From a virus (lineage: Duplodnaviria; Caudoviricetes), in IMG/VR virus record IMGVR_UViG_3300010362_000034, positions 1 through 45,317 of that record: a stretch of 45,317 nucleotides of DNA; one strand, 5' to 3'. The translations under genes and the position numbers were made by a program. Shown piece by piece: positions 45,191-45,317 of this stretch. The stretch's first letter is position 1. Every line of letters begins with the position of its first letter. A model generated the notes under the pieces. The model did not search any database and had not been told where the DNA came from. It saw nothing but the letters and a program-made list of their open reading frames with translations.

Positions 45191-45317
45191 ACGAGAAAAT
45201 TACCGGAAACTTACCGCACTTTGTTGCCAGCGTGTCAAATTCGTTAGCTGGCCAGCAAATTCGACTTGTGAGGCGTGTAACAACCGTGTTACAGCCAAAA
45301 CAATTTTAACGGGAAAA

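Overview
This window looks like a near-complete genome of a temperate, short-tailed (podovirus-type) dsDNA phage in its non-integrated form. It starts inside a possible terminase small-subunit gene and ends in a promoter region. The + strand (1-35.8 kb) carries a replication initiator with an internal iteron array, DnaB helicase, terminase large subunit, a YfdP/YfdQ(DUF2303)-like pair, portal, scaffold, major capsid, two paralogous tail adaptor-like genes, collagen-like fibre, nozzle, ejection proteins with a PAPS-reductase-like gene among them, a 2130-aa polyvalent protein, a DNA methyltransferase, a GH75-like putative endolysin and a holin-like gene. These are followed by a leftward operon of small genes, attP, a tyrosine integrase, a cluster of RHH/HTH/C2H2 regulators and a leftward early-gene region. 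The most unusual signals are: (1) attP carries the 5' half, not the usual 3' half, of tRNA-Arg(ACG), which predicts a promoter swap with the host on integration; (2) tRNA-sized multi-hairpin elements lie in frame inside terL and at the end of a head-region gene; (3) early genes share a repeated hairpin leader conserved as DNA/RNA but read in different frames; (4) parS-like sites occur without a ParB gene. All protein calls come from motif recognition and synteny by eye, and all structures were paired by hand; no search or folding program was run.
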